64,000 nucleotides of DNA, taken from Klebsormidium nitens (lineage: Eukaryota; Plantae; Klebsormidiophyceae). Of this stretch, positions 12,315 through 24,700 are shown in pieces. The number at the start of each line of letters is the position of its first letter. Positions within the stretch are counted from its first letter, which is position 1. Made by a program: the position numbers and the translations under genes. The notes beneath the pieces are model-generated. The model did no database searches and had not been told where the DNA came from. It saw nothing but the letters and a program-made list of their open reading frames with translations. The stretch is from assembly GCA_000708835.1 (NCBI GenBank), contig DF236999.1:186001-250000 (forward strand), given 5' to 3'.

Positions 12315-13058
12315 CCAGGGGGTTAGATAGACCATTCTTTGTACGAGTAGGCAAATAAACCGTTCATCTGAGTTGCCGCTAACCGTTGAGCACCCATTCT
12401 TTGCGTGTTTGAAGCCCGATTGATCCATAAACTGTACCAAATGCAAGTGGCCATAGTTTGCAGGTACGTGAAAAAACATACGTCGTGTGTATAATCTGGT
12501 GAGATAGAGGAGCAGGTCACATGGCCTGACTAAAGTTTTGGGAGTCCTGCGTTGAAAGAAAGAGAATCAGGAATAAGCTATAACCAAGACCTTGTTTCTT
12601 TGTTGTAACATGCAAAGGCTGTAGGAAGGTGGGTGGTTCCAAGTATAATCTGCAGTGGTCGGGGACTTAAGCTGTTGATCCTTTGGCTGCTGATATAATC
12701 GACTCAACCTGGTTTCTAGTTCCATCTCTGTCAACCTCCCTAGCTCAGTCCAGTTTGCCTCCATCACTGTATGTATGCGTGTGCACATGGTGGGAACACC
12801 TATACGTCATGTTTTTGCATGGTGTATACATTACTTGGCTGCGCGGTAACGCTGGGCTTATACATGCTGTCTTTGCGCACCATCGATCATTAGTGTATAT
12901 ATAAGTTGCAACATGTCGATCTTGAAGGCTGGCATGCGCTATAGCTGTATATTCAATTTAACTCGTAGTGCAGTATTTGCATTGCCACCATCATGATCCC
13001 TGAGCTATAGCGGCCGCGCCGCGCTGCTTGTTGTATTCCGATATTAGTCCACAAGCTT

Positions 13059-13839
13059 CATAGCGTTGTTGAAGAGGCTTGCAACCCCGCCCCTAACTCC
13101 GCCCGGTTGCTTGATGGAGAAGTGGTCGGGGCATTTTGGCAAGATTCGTTTGCAGGATAAGGTCACTCAGAGACCGCCACCTGTCTGAGGTCGGAACCTT
13201 CGTGTTAGGGGCGGCTCGGCCCTCAAGTTTGGAGGCCGAGAGCTAATGTAGCTACCGGCCGGCATTTTTGCGAGACTAAATGTGACTTGCCCGGTCCAAG
13301 CCACCGCGCTGTTTCGACCGGCCCGACTGTGTTGCCCAAGTTCGGAACATTCGACTGGAGTAGGTGATACCTAGGTACCGGTAGTTGACATCAACGCCGA
13401 GTTTGAAATGGTGTATCCTCTTCAGGCAGGCGCGCAAATATTAGCCGAGTCGCGTGCAACCGAAACTGAATCGAGAGTGACCGTAGAGGCTTGTACGCAA
13501 AATTCGGTCGACCGTACGAGCATGTCGAATTTTCTGACATGGATGTACAAGTGGGCAAGTTCACCGCGCGCCGCGTGTCCAATATTTAACATATACCTAT
13601 TGCGTGCGGCGGTTCGATTCGGTACGTTGGAGTTGAGTTTCCGGAATCCGTACACATGGGGCCCGATTGACACCATCGGAACTCCACCATTTGGCTGAGG
13701 TTCTGCGCACCGTCGATACGAATATCCACGGTCAAAACCACCTTATCCTGCAAACGAATCGACTTTCCAATCTGACAGTGATAGCTTCTGCGGCCTCCGA
13801 GTTAGGGGCGGGGTCGCGACCTTCTTCAACAACGCTATG
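13059..13839. mobile_element. Putative non-autonomous DNA transposon (MITE-like) with bipartite terminal inverted repeats
   Basis: Left CATAGCGTTGTTGAAGAGGCTTGCAACCCCGCCCCTAACTC from 13059 matches, with a few mismatches, the reverse complement of the right end finishing at 13839. An inner perfect 21-bp IR, GATTCGTTTGCAGGATAAGGT, lies at 13143-13163 and 13740-13760. No credible coding capacity inside. Confidence 0.6.
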
Positions 13840-14178
13840 TTAGCCGTACGTTTAAGGGCGTATAGCCGTACGTACGTTTAAGGGACAATTGATGATCGAT
13901 AAGATGTTAATCGATCTCTTTATGCATTGACCTTGGCCACGCGCTCGCCAAGCAGGTTGAGGCTGATAGCGCGCGCGCTACATGTTTATTTGGCCGATAA
14001 TGCATGCACACGCAATGATGTGCATAGTAATGTCAATGATACATTTGCATCATGACGAGTCCTCCTTGGGGCATCTGCAGTGCCCGGGCCCACCTTGGCC
14101 TAGATCCTCCATGAATAGGAAGCGCTTTGGGGATGCACTTGATGACTGCGAAGCAGCTCCTCGTATCTACTATTCGTA

Positions 14179-17100
14179 TCAGAGCGGCAAAATAGCACGC
14201 GGCGTCCCACGCCCCCTCGAGTACGTCCGTCGTCTCCACCAGAGCCACACCGAGCTCCGCCTAAGTACAAGAGAAGCAAACACGAGCCCAAACACCACGA
14301 TCGGTAGAATCTCATACCACGTTTGCCCGAAGGCGCTATACATCCCTCGGCTATCCTCGAGCTCTTCGAGGCTCCCTCGCTTCTTTATCTGTTCTGCTAG
14401 CCCCTTGATCGAGCCAGCGGAATGCTCTTCCCAAGGCAGGTCATCCCGCCTTATTCCGTGCATGCTCCCGTCAACGCTAACATTGACTTGCCCCAGTGCC
14501 GAGCTCGTGTTTCGGACGAGCCACCTGTCGTCCGTGTAAGGCGCCGGCAGCTTGTCTAGAGTTAGCGACAAATCCGAAAGGACGGTGATGAACGCGGACG
14601 TCCAGTTGCTCACAACTTCCTGCAGTTTAGCACGGAAAGGCTCTGGTTGGTGGTAAATCCAAGTGCTTACGTACTGCTTTGCACCTGAGCAAAGCACCTA
14701 AGATTGGACGGCGGGGCCTCAGCTTGACCATCTACTTATGGCTGTGAGTGCAAAAGTCTAAAGATAGACTAACAACAAGGCTGCAAGCTTATGACGGGAG
14801 AAGCGAAAGACCGGACCCATCATCTGTTCCGGCCTGCATTCTCGCCCGTCCCTAAGTCCCACCAGGGCTGCAGAAAATGTCGTAATCAAGACGCCCCCCT
14901 CGTTGCATTCACTTTCAGCGCAATAACTCCGCGCTTCTAGGTCCCATCCATGTCATCTGAGTCCAATATGGACCGCCGTCCCACTATTCTCTATAGACTC
15001 ACTTCGAACACCGCTCTGCTGACGGGGTTGAACATGCGGAAGCAGTCGTCGTTGTTAGCCTTCTCATCGCCGTAGATCTCCCACGTGAACGGCAGCGGGA
15101 TGTGGAGCACGTCGAACATGTAGTCGGTTGCGGTGCCGTGCGCCAGATACCTGGGCCGAAACTTACGTCATGGGGTGCCTTCTCATTACACTCACAGGTC
15201 GTTTCGTTCAACTGAACATTACGTGGGGTGTTTACGTGAACGTTATGCGGAGAAGCTTTCGGGGCTTGGTTTGGCACTTCATCACTTCAGCTCACACAGT
15301 TGGCTCCTCGGTTACAGAGCTGTCAGGCGAAAGTGCTTTTAATCCGTCTGGAGAAAGAACAACGCTATTCAGCCGATTGGAGGGATCACTCTATCTCCGA
15401 CCTTTGGATAACGAGACCGTAGGGCCTTCGAGGAATGCGTTTTGCGCCCGCAGTTTCGGGGCGCTTTCAGCGGAATGCTGAGCCTCACCCCACAGAGCCG
15501 CCCCCCGACCCGACAACGCACCGCCCGCCGCAGTGCAGGCGATTCACTTTCTGCAGCAGCTCCAGCATTGGGCCCGCCACGGTGTCGGGGGGAGTGGACG
15601 ACAAATGGTCGTACGGCAGAAACAGGGCCTGGACAAGGAGCGAACGCGCGGTGTACATGTGCGGTGATTCATGGTGGACTTCAAGTTCGCAATCTGGGGT
15701 TTTACTTCCGTGAGTGAGACTCTACCGACAATGAAAAGGTTGCGACGTGTGAAACTTTGTAAGAGAAAAGCGGCCTCAAAGACGACCGCAAACCCGCCTT
15801 CCAGTTGTGTGATTGGCAGCCAAGGGCCAAAGAAATCAATCTGTTGAGCAAGGACCCCGGTAGGAACGGAGCCGCAAGCTTGCATCCTCTTAAAGAATAT
15901 ACTTCCCAGAAACCGAGGCTTGCTTCCGGAGGGTGGCGGACAGGGTGGGAGCAACTTGCACGGGGTCTTCTAGCGTCGACCACGTACCCTTTGCCCCTAT
16001 TCTGGGAGAGAATGAATGGGCGCTTTATCGCTTTTGCACCACCGAGATGAGCCAGACGATCCAGCCACCATTTGATGGAAAGCACTGCATTACGTCCCGT
16101 TACTGGTAGCCGCAAAAACAGGAAGCACGTTCCCACCTCCATGCCCGAGTGGACGTTGACCCAGAGATGCGGCCGGAACCCGGCGGCCAGCTTTTGCAAG
16201 AGTTCCGCTTCCGGCTCGCTGAACGGGCCCGTTCCGGGGAACTCTTCCGCCGGATCGTAGTCCTGGACGGAACACACAACCCAGGGTAGCTCAGTAGTCA
16301 ATCAATCTGCTGCCTCCAGGGTTGTGAGTTCAGGGGTTCTGGAGGCACTAGATGTTTGCAAGTTGAGAAATGAGAGGGATGCTATTCAGAATGGCTCATC
16401 AGATGGCTATGCTTAATAAAGTGTGGTACCGGAGTACCTGGTCGCATCTGTGTGGACAGTAATGTCAGCGCAAGATAGACAATTATACCAGATGCAACCA
16501 CACCAACGAGGCGAGGGATGCCTCACCGGTTCTTTTACGCCCCAGTCGATGCTCCAATTTCTGTTGGGATCGACGCCCCTTCCTGGAGGGAATACATTCT
16601 TATTAATCCGTGCAGTCCGGTTGAAACCATCGAACGACTTCGCCTCCATTTTTGCAATATCAAAGTTGTTTCCTGACTCGATAGAAAGCGAATCTCCTGT
16701 TGATGGGGAATGTTATTGCCCGTTCAGAAGAGTAACTGACTACTGAATGTGCGAAGACATCAAGTGAAGGCGCAAACGATTTGCCCGAAGTCAAAATGTG
16801 AATCGACAAACTTGTTCACGCCTCGAGATTGTCGACGAGTCAACTTTAAGAATGTCCATCCAATAAAACCCAAGTACTACACATCGAAAGACCTCACACT
16901 CAGTCCTTTATGGCAGCTCACCGTTTTTCCGTTCGCAAAGCTCGCCAGCCTCCACCTTCCTTTTGCCGTTGATATTCTCTGCAGGAACGATCTGCGAGGC
17001 AAGCGCCAGCGTTGCGGCAAACGAACTACTCCGAGACCCTATCCAGGGGATTAAGTACACGACCAACACATGTCGCTTCTAAATAGAAACGCGAACAGGC

Positions 17101-18954
17101 TGTGAACACTACAATGGGTCCTTCGACAGCTCTTGTTTCGACAGCCTACGCGAGCAGATGGAGAAGCTTCCTCGTCAGCTAAGCCTAAGCTCGACCAGCC
17201 CTTGTAACCAGCCTTCAGGCGACTTCCAAAGCCTGAAGTCATCTTTCCTACCTTGATAACCAACTGCTTGAGTAGGCCTGTGAGTTGAAGTTGGTCAACC
17301 CCGGGGGGCAGCTCCGCCTCCCCCGCCAACACCCGCAGCAGCCGCAGCGCCACCTCGCACGTGATCGGCTCTCGCCCGTGCTGGCCAAAGTCCTGCAGGC
17401 AACGGGGCCTTGATTGTCGACATGGCACCTTATTCACAGAGCCGCTCGGATGGTTCGTTTTACTAGATCAACACCGTCAACACCAACGTTAGATATTCAA
17501 GCAGGGACTGCGAGTGTATGAGCCGGGACAGATCGGATCGTGAATGATAGTCGGCAACGCGCGGATTTTGCAGTAGAGCCCGAAACCCCGCTGATGTCAC
17601 TGATCATAAACAGGCTACTGCCTCAGCTTCTATCTGATACCAATTCCAGGCGTCCCGAAGAGACATTGCACAAGGCGCTCTGAACAAGGCCGTCCTGTTG
17701 CCGGATGCTGTGATGGACAAAGTGCAAATTGCAAGAAAACTCCTGAGACTCGGTGACATCAAAGCTTTCAAACAGGCCCGAGCCTCAGCTTCTTTCTGGT
17801 GTTCTCATTCTCCTCATCCCACTCAATTTGTTGATACATCCAGCAGTTTGAGGCTGGGGAAACATCAAAACTGGTCTCACCAGCAAAGCTCGCAGCGTCC
17901 GAGGCGCTTCTCCCGGCGTTGCATAAGGCCGCACCGTGACCACCTCCATGTTGGCTGAGTACTCCTCGTTCTGATGGCTCAAGGTTTCAGTTTCCATGAT
18001 GTCAGGGTGGCGCTCAACTAGGAGCCGTACTTCTCGGAGCAGCTCATCACTGCAATGTATGTAAACTATCATCAACACATGGTGCAGATCAATCGGGTCG
18101 GGGTTTCTATTTGGGAGGGTGGTCGTCTTTCAAGTGTCCAATGCGTCGAGAGTGCAAGCACTTGTTTGCCAGTGATGAGGAGAGCCATCTTTGTGTCGTA
18201 GCTTGTCTTAAGCGGTTGCGCAAGTTGAAAAGGACATTTCATTGCAGAAACTTCTAGCTCCACTTGGCTGTCCTACATGATGCAGGAAGTCGAATGGCGT
18301 GTTCAAATGGCTGGGCGCAGCAGTAGTGCCCCTTCTCTGCTACTCTGTCAGCTCACTTACCTCTTATGGTAGTATGAGTAGTCCGGCTTTGCGAAGCCTG
18401 CTGTGTTGACTTGTAGGGCCCTCGAGTGTTCCTACACTCAAGGACAGGGGTTGGATCAAACTGAAAATGTAAAGTAGATGAGTGGCCAAAAGTGGACTGA
18501 ACGAGTTGCAAAGATGCCGGGGGTTCGTCTAAGCACATGGGTTCAAAAGGGTGGCTCTATAGAAAGCTGCGCAGTGGCCAAGGGTGGAATACTGCAAGTG
18601 CGCATGCAGTGCAATGATCTCTGCACTGCCATCAAACTTTTGGAATATGGTGACAGCAGAGTGGCTCAGTCCTGGCAGTCTTGTTGGAGACACAGAAGTA
18701 CCACCACCCTTGGAATACTCATACTTTTCAAACATAAGCACAAGTACTTAATCCCCTAAGACTTTCCTACACTTACAATTGTTGTTTCGCTCAACAACAA
18801 AGAAGAAGCAAGGTCTACTCACCAAATGCTGCTGCTCCAAAGAGATAGGCCTTGCCTCACAGTACACCAAATATGCCAACAGAACAAGGACTGTCTTGGC
18901 AACCCTGTCACTGTAGCAGGGAATGCCCCACTGCATCGCTCTGCCACTCGTCAT
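14179..18954 (-). CDS. M14 zinc carboxypeptidase with an N-terminal signal-like segment and a C-terminal transmembrane helix (497 aa)
   Basis: Ten exons: 18954-18823, 18431-18361, 18049-17881, 17392-17252, 16991-16922, 16582-16527, 16262-16137, 15628-15489, 15150-15003, 14619-14179, totalling 1494 nt in frame. M14 motifs: FGQHGRE (HxxE), RKNGRGVDPNRNW, PFSEPE, WVNVHSG, YLAHGTATDY, FTWEIYG. Confidence 0.92.
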
Positions 18955-19776
18955 TTCTTCTTTTTCAACAAATTGTTAAAAGGGCTTGCAGAGTAGTTGA
19001 CCTGATCAACCCATGAGGCACACAGTCGTTCAAAGATCTCAACCCTCCCCCTCGCCTTGAGAAAGCTAATTACAGCATCTCGCCCAAATTGCAATGGCTT
19101 CCACAATCGCACCCTTTGAGCTAGCTGGTTCTTCTCTCGTCATCGCTGGTACCTTTTCTAGTTTTCCCTCAATCCTTGCATCACATCAGCACCACTTTGA
19201 CGGTGATAAAGCAGCCACTGGTCCTGCCACTTCTGTGGAGCGCCATTGTGTGATCAATGGGGGATCAACACCTGATCAACATGTGGTAGGGCGTTCCACA
19301 AGCCTGAGGCTGCGCTGCATTATTGAGCACCCTCGCGCTGCATTCGGACAAACCTCGGAGTCCGGACGGTTTCTGGCACAATTTTCTGCCCGAACAAAAT
19401 TCGGACAGGGCCTGCTTCGAACTTCGGACAGGGTCCGGACAGTCAAAATTGGATCTCCATAGCCGTAGGATTGCAAAAGATGGACGGTGAGGGGATAACC
19501 TATTTGGCGGGGGGGGGACGAAGACGGCTAGTTTGTATCTCAAATTTCTGACACAAAGATTGAATGTTCAGGGTGGGTCTCTGTTCCGGATTGAGCTATA
19601 TTTGAAGAGCTTTGTGCAGAGCTTTTCATGATTCAAATTTCATCCTATTGGAGCTCTGCTTTAAGCATTGGCGGATCCCTGTGTTTGGAGGTGTATCAGT
19701 TTAGCTCTCCCAATCGCAAAGGATTTCCGCAATCCTGCTGCTCAACCGGAAGGCAGCAGTCGGGCAGCAACTAGGC

Positions 19777-20878
19777 ATGGCCGTATGCGAGGAGGATGCA
19801 TGTTCCAGCACTGCGTCTGTTGAGTCTCCTACTGAGGAGCCTCTTTTGCTTCTCTGTCCACGGAAGGGAGACGACAGCGGCGATCAAACAGGATCCACAC
19901 AGTCGCAGGGGTCGGGACTGAGTATGCAAGATGCTGCACAAGTTCAGAGTTATGCGCGCTGCCCGCCCTGGGGGCCTGGCAGCTCGTTCAGAAGGGTCCA
20001 AGAGCTGTGCCAGTGGTTGGGCTGCTTGCTGCTAGTGAAGATTGATCAGTGCAAGTTTGGGGGAAGAAGGGCGTTCAACACAAAAGATTACGAGCCATGC
20101 AAACCTTTTACAGCGAAGCTGCAGATTGGACCAAACGTAGGCGCACACTTTGTCAAGATTCCAAACAAGCACCTCTTTGATATTTTTGCTCGGCAATGCG
20201 ACCTGTGGGAGCACTCGGTAGGGACGGAGAATGAGTACGACAAGTTCCTGTTGTACAGAGGCAAGGCAATGGCCAAGGTAGGCCCCAATTGAGCATGATT
20301 CTCAGTGATGTGTGTGGTCCTTATGCCCTTCTTGAGCACAATCCTCCTACATGCTGATTGTACTGAGCCTCTTTCAAGTTGTGCTGAAATCCACTGCTAC
20401 TTGAAGTCCTACAAATGGCGCTCGAAAAGGAAAACTCCATGATTGTCAAACAATTGTCGTTGTCATTATGGAAATGTTAGTTCCAGGGGTTGCACGTTGC
20501 TGCCTCACATTCCTGTTGATTGTGGATACTTTCGTGTTTACAGGTCCTTGGGATGGATCTCGACGAGCTTCCTCCTGTCACGGTGTCGCAGTACGTTTCG
20601 AAAGAACATTGCAGGGGCGTTGAAGTGCAGAAGCTAGGTGAGAGGGGGCCAGCTGAGCACAAGAACGTTTGGTGCCAATCAGCTCGGAGGCCCTAAGGTG
20701 CAAAGCATGTACTCTTCGCCTCTATTGTACATTTGGAGCAGAAGCAAGGCTTGACAGGAACAAATATGCTGATGCAAATGTATTTTGCCTTGCAGAACTG
20801 ATATACAACCGGAAACGGAAGACCATCAAAATCGAGGTTTTCTGTACTCCGTATTTTGGTGAGAAGCAATGGTGGTAA
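19777..20878 (+). CDS. Hypothetical protein (225 aa), no recognised family
   Basis: Exons 19777-20277, 20544-20637, 20796-20878 with canonical AAG|GTAGGC, TACAG|, TAG|GTGAGA and TGCAG| junctions. 678 nt in frame, ending KIEVFCTPYFGEKQWW*. Confidence 0.7.
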
Positions 20879-21725
20879 TGAGGAGGTTTCACTCCTGGCT
20901 CAAGGACAGTCCGAGGGCACACTGGCTGAATCGTCGGTTTTACAAAAGGGTAAACGATTAGAAAGAAGCAGAGAGATTAGGGCTGCATGTATGAAGGGTT
21001 TTGCAGCTGCTTAAGCATTCAAATAGCTACATTTAGAAGTCTCAACCTCATTGCCCTCACTTGGTGAATCACCTGCTGACCGGTCGAAGATTGGTTTTGA
21101 GGCATACATGTGTTTTTGTTGAAGGAGCAGGAGAGAAGTGATTGCACTGCCAGGATTATAGTACAGTGATGTAGGGAACTTAAACAGACTGTGAAGAACT
21201 GTCAAGACATACGTTGTCATGCAAGGATTACTATGATTGCATCAACCACCGGTTCGATCAACTACCGGTACTGCATTTAGACAAGAGTTCCATCCATACG
21301 ATGCTAAATAGAACGATACATATGTTGTTTGAAGTTGCCAACCAAAATAGCCACGATAGGGTCTGATTGCACATACATGAATTGATGAATGCATTCGTAA
21401 CCCCAGACAATGCTACCATGCCAAGTATAGAACTATATCTATTGCAGTGTAGCACTCATTATATCCTTAACGATACCTGGATATCAATAGTCTATCAATT
21501 ACAGTGGTTGATATCGGAGGCCTCTTATAGCTGTGGAACCCTCCGTTTTCGAAAAGATGTATCTAAAAGTGGCCTAGCTTACCCTGAGGGCTGTCGATAA
21601 TCTACAAACAGTCAACTGCATCTTGCAATCTGCGCTTCAACAAAACTGATTCAACAACCCATCTCAACACTGACTTTCTCCGCACTGGATAAGAAGTGCC
21701 CCATACCCTTTTAAGGCCCCTTTTG

Positions 21726-24700
21726 CTACCACTTTCTAGGCGTGTCCAGCGTGAAGTCGGTGTCGTGGTTGAGAGATCCCCTCAGGATGCTGATCTGCCC
21801 CTCGCGCTCCATGACATCCTCCTCTAGTTGCGCCGCCCTGTTCCGCAGCACTGCTGTTTCCCTCTCCTGTCGCTGCGCCTCCTCCCGCGCCGCATCCACC
21901 TGCTTGCGACACGTGTCCAGCTCATCGACCATGGTCCGCACTTCCTCCTTCAGAACTTTAACCTTCTCGACCAGCTCGCTAACCCGCCGGTCACGCTCCA
22001 CTAACCGCTCCTTGAACTCAGCCAACTGCGAGAGGGCGCTCGCTTCCGCGCACTCGACCTCATTCAAAGCCCCCCGCGCCTCCTCCAAATCCGCCCCCTG
22101 ACTCTGCAGCATCTCCCGTAACCCTTCTTTTTCCTTCGTAACCCTCGCTAACTCCCTCCTAACCTCCGCCAACCGCTCCTCGCTTTCCGCAACCGCCTCC
22201 CCCACGCGCGCCTCCTGACGCCGCACCTCCGCCTCGGTCGCCGTCAGCTTTTTCGCCAGCGCCTCATAGCGTATGCCCTGGGCACGTGCCTCCTCCTGCA
22301 GCCCCGCGATCTGCGCCTCCAACCCCTCGACAATCCCGTGCGCGCCTGCGTCCCGCGTTTGTAGTTGCCGGATGCGCTTCTGCAGGCTTTCCACCTCGCG
22401 CTCCTTGCCCTGTCCGAACGCCAACAGCTCCTCGTTGATCGCCACCAGTTCCTTTACCTGAAAGCAGCACGTGACGTGCGCACCAAGTGGGGCTTTTTGC
22501 TCACGTGGCGGTTCAAAAGATAAGAAGAACCGTTCCTGCCGTTTCTCAATGAAGTGCGTGATTGTCTGATCTCGTCTGCACTCCAGCCGGGCGGTCCGAA
22601 AACCTAGTCTGGCTTCTGACTATGCCCACTCAGATGCTCACTTGCAAACGATTGTATACTCTGTCGAACGTCACCTCCCCCTGAATGGAGAGTCCCTCCG
22701 ACGGCATTCTTAAGCATGTCAGGATGGGGGGAAAAAACTCCGGCAAGGCGCTCCTCTCAGCTTCTTGTAGCAAGCATAAATTGGATGCCTACTCGTGCAT
22801 CGACTAACTACGAGAAATCAGCCCTTCATAGCCATGGACTTCCTGGTCAAGGAACCTGCACCTTGGATTTGCGAACTCGCGAACTCCAATTTGGGCAGAA
22901 AAGGAGTGAGAGGCTTAAAAGAGCGACTCGCAAGAACCAGCAATCTATCTCAACAGTCAGCCTACGGCACCGGAATCTGCGGCGTCTCGCACGCACGTGT
23001 CCTTCACAATTGTATCTTTTCCCCGGCCGGACAACCCACAGCAACCAGTCTGTCACACAGGAAATAAAACGGCACGACAAACAATCAGACGCAGCCGTTA
23101 CTTCCGAGAGCAATCCCCACCTGCGCTTTGTGGTCTCCCAGAGCGCGCCGCAGCTCCGCGCGCTCTCTCTCCGCGCCCGCGTCGCTCGCGTCCCTGGCCT
23201 GCCACGTGTCCCGCGCGGCCTGCAGCTCGTCGCCCAGCGCCTTGAGCGCGCGCTCGCGCTCCGCCAGCGTCGCCTGCAGCGCGTCCGCGCGGCCGCGTGC
23301 CGCCGACGCCTCCTCCAGGCTCGTGGAGAGGCCCCGCTGAAGGTCCGCGATCGCCTGAAGAAATATGTTCGGTTCACGTTCTTAGGGTGTCCGCCTCTTC
23401 GATCGTTTGTGAGCGATCTTGACTATTTTCTGAGGGCGAACAGACGAACGGAAGGGCTAGCATGACGGATAAGTTCGTCGCAGTGGATAAGAAGCAGACC
23501 CTCAGAGCGCGTCGCAGTCCTTCCGTTTGTTCCATGAATAGCTTTCTCTTCGACAGTGTTTGTACGATGCCCCTCTGCTGCGTTTGCGTGAGCCTTACTA
23601 AGAGACTCACGCCCCGATACTTCTTCTAATCACTTTGACAGCTTTTTTCAGACAGACGCCCCTGATCCAAAAGACCAGAGCCAGCCTACTCATCTCCTGG
23701 CATCCTCACCTGCGCACTCTCTTCCGCTTTCCGCTCCGCCACCTCGATCCGCCGCGCCGCCTCCCTCGCCGCGCGCTCGTGCATCTGCGCCTGCTCGCGC
23801 ACCGCCCGTGCGTCCACCAGCGCCGCCGCATTCCGCTCGTCCGCCGAGACCTTCCGCTGGCGGAACCCAGCCGCCTCCGTTTCCGCCGACTCCGCCCGCT
23901 GCTTCAGCGCTTCCGCCCGCTTGTGAGCTTCTTCCAGCGCCCGCTCCTTCTCCTCGACAGACGCTTTCAGGGCTGTGACGTCAGAGCGGAATGTTTTCGC
24001 TTCCTGGGCGAGCTTGTCCGCGTCAGCACGGGCGGCGGACTCCTTGTCACGTGCCTCCTGGAGACTGGCCGCGAGACGCGCCTCCATCTCCTTGTACCTG
24101 CGGGGGTCCGCAAGAAAAGTAAGCGTCAGAAATAGGGAACTTGCGGAATTGCGAAGCTTCTTGCTGGCTATCTAGGATGCATGTTGCAACGAAATCCAGG
24201 ACGACAGGGCAAGCGTGCAAGAGGCGGTATTTGTTTTGGTCTCGAAGCGAACGGCGGAAACCCCAGAGCAAAAACTTTCCGAATTGGATGTAGTACCTCA
24301 CAATCGCTTTTGTGCTCGGCCATTTCAGCGTTGCAGTATTTGCAAGATTTCGGCGTGAAACTCGACGATCGAGGGTTCAATCCACGATGAGCCGGGACCT
24401 CAAGTCACGACTCCTGCCAGGTTCGACGATGCACCACATTCAGGTTGAGAAAATTATTTGATTACCCCATATGCGCCCGAGAACATCGGAGATGTCATCG
24501 CAGACTGAAGTTCGATATTCCACGAGGGCCGCTCTGCCCTCCAAAACCAGTGTCCAATCGTTCCTTCAAAATCCTCTTGCCCCCATGGAGTAACCTTGCT
24601 TACACATGGATGTCTCGTTCCTCAAGCGCAACGTGTAACTTCTAAACTCTGTTACAAATCCATGAGACTGCCTTTGCTCCTTTTCCCAACGTAAGTTACT

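Noticed and set aside
13391-13698. ORFs inside the inverted-repeat element as a possible transposase remnant
   Set aside because: Short, overlapping on both strands, and without DDE or DNA-binding motifs.
24361-24390. GGGTTCAATCC resembling a tRNA T-loop
   Set aside because: The flanks do not form a T stem or acceptor stem and no D arm is present; it lies in an intron.
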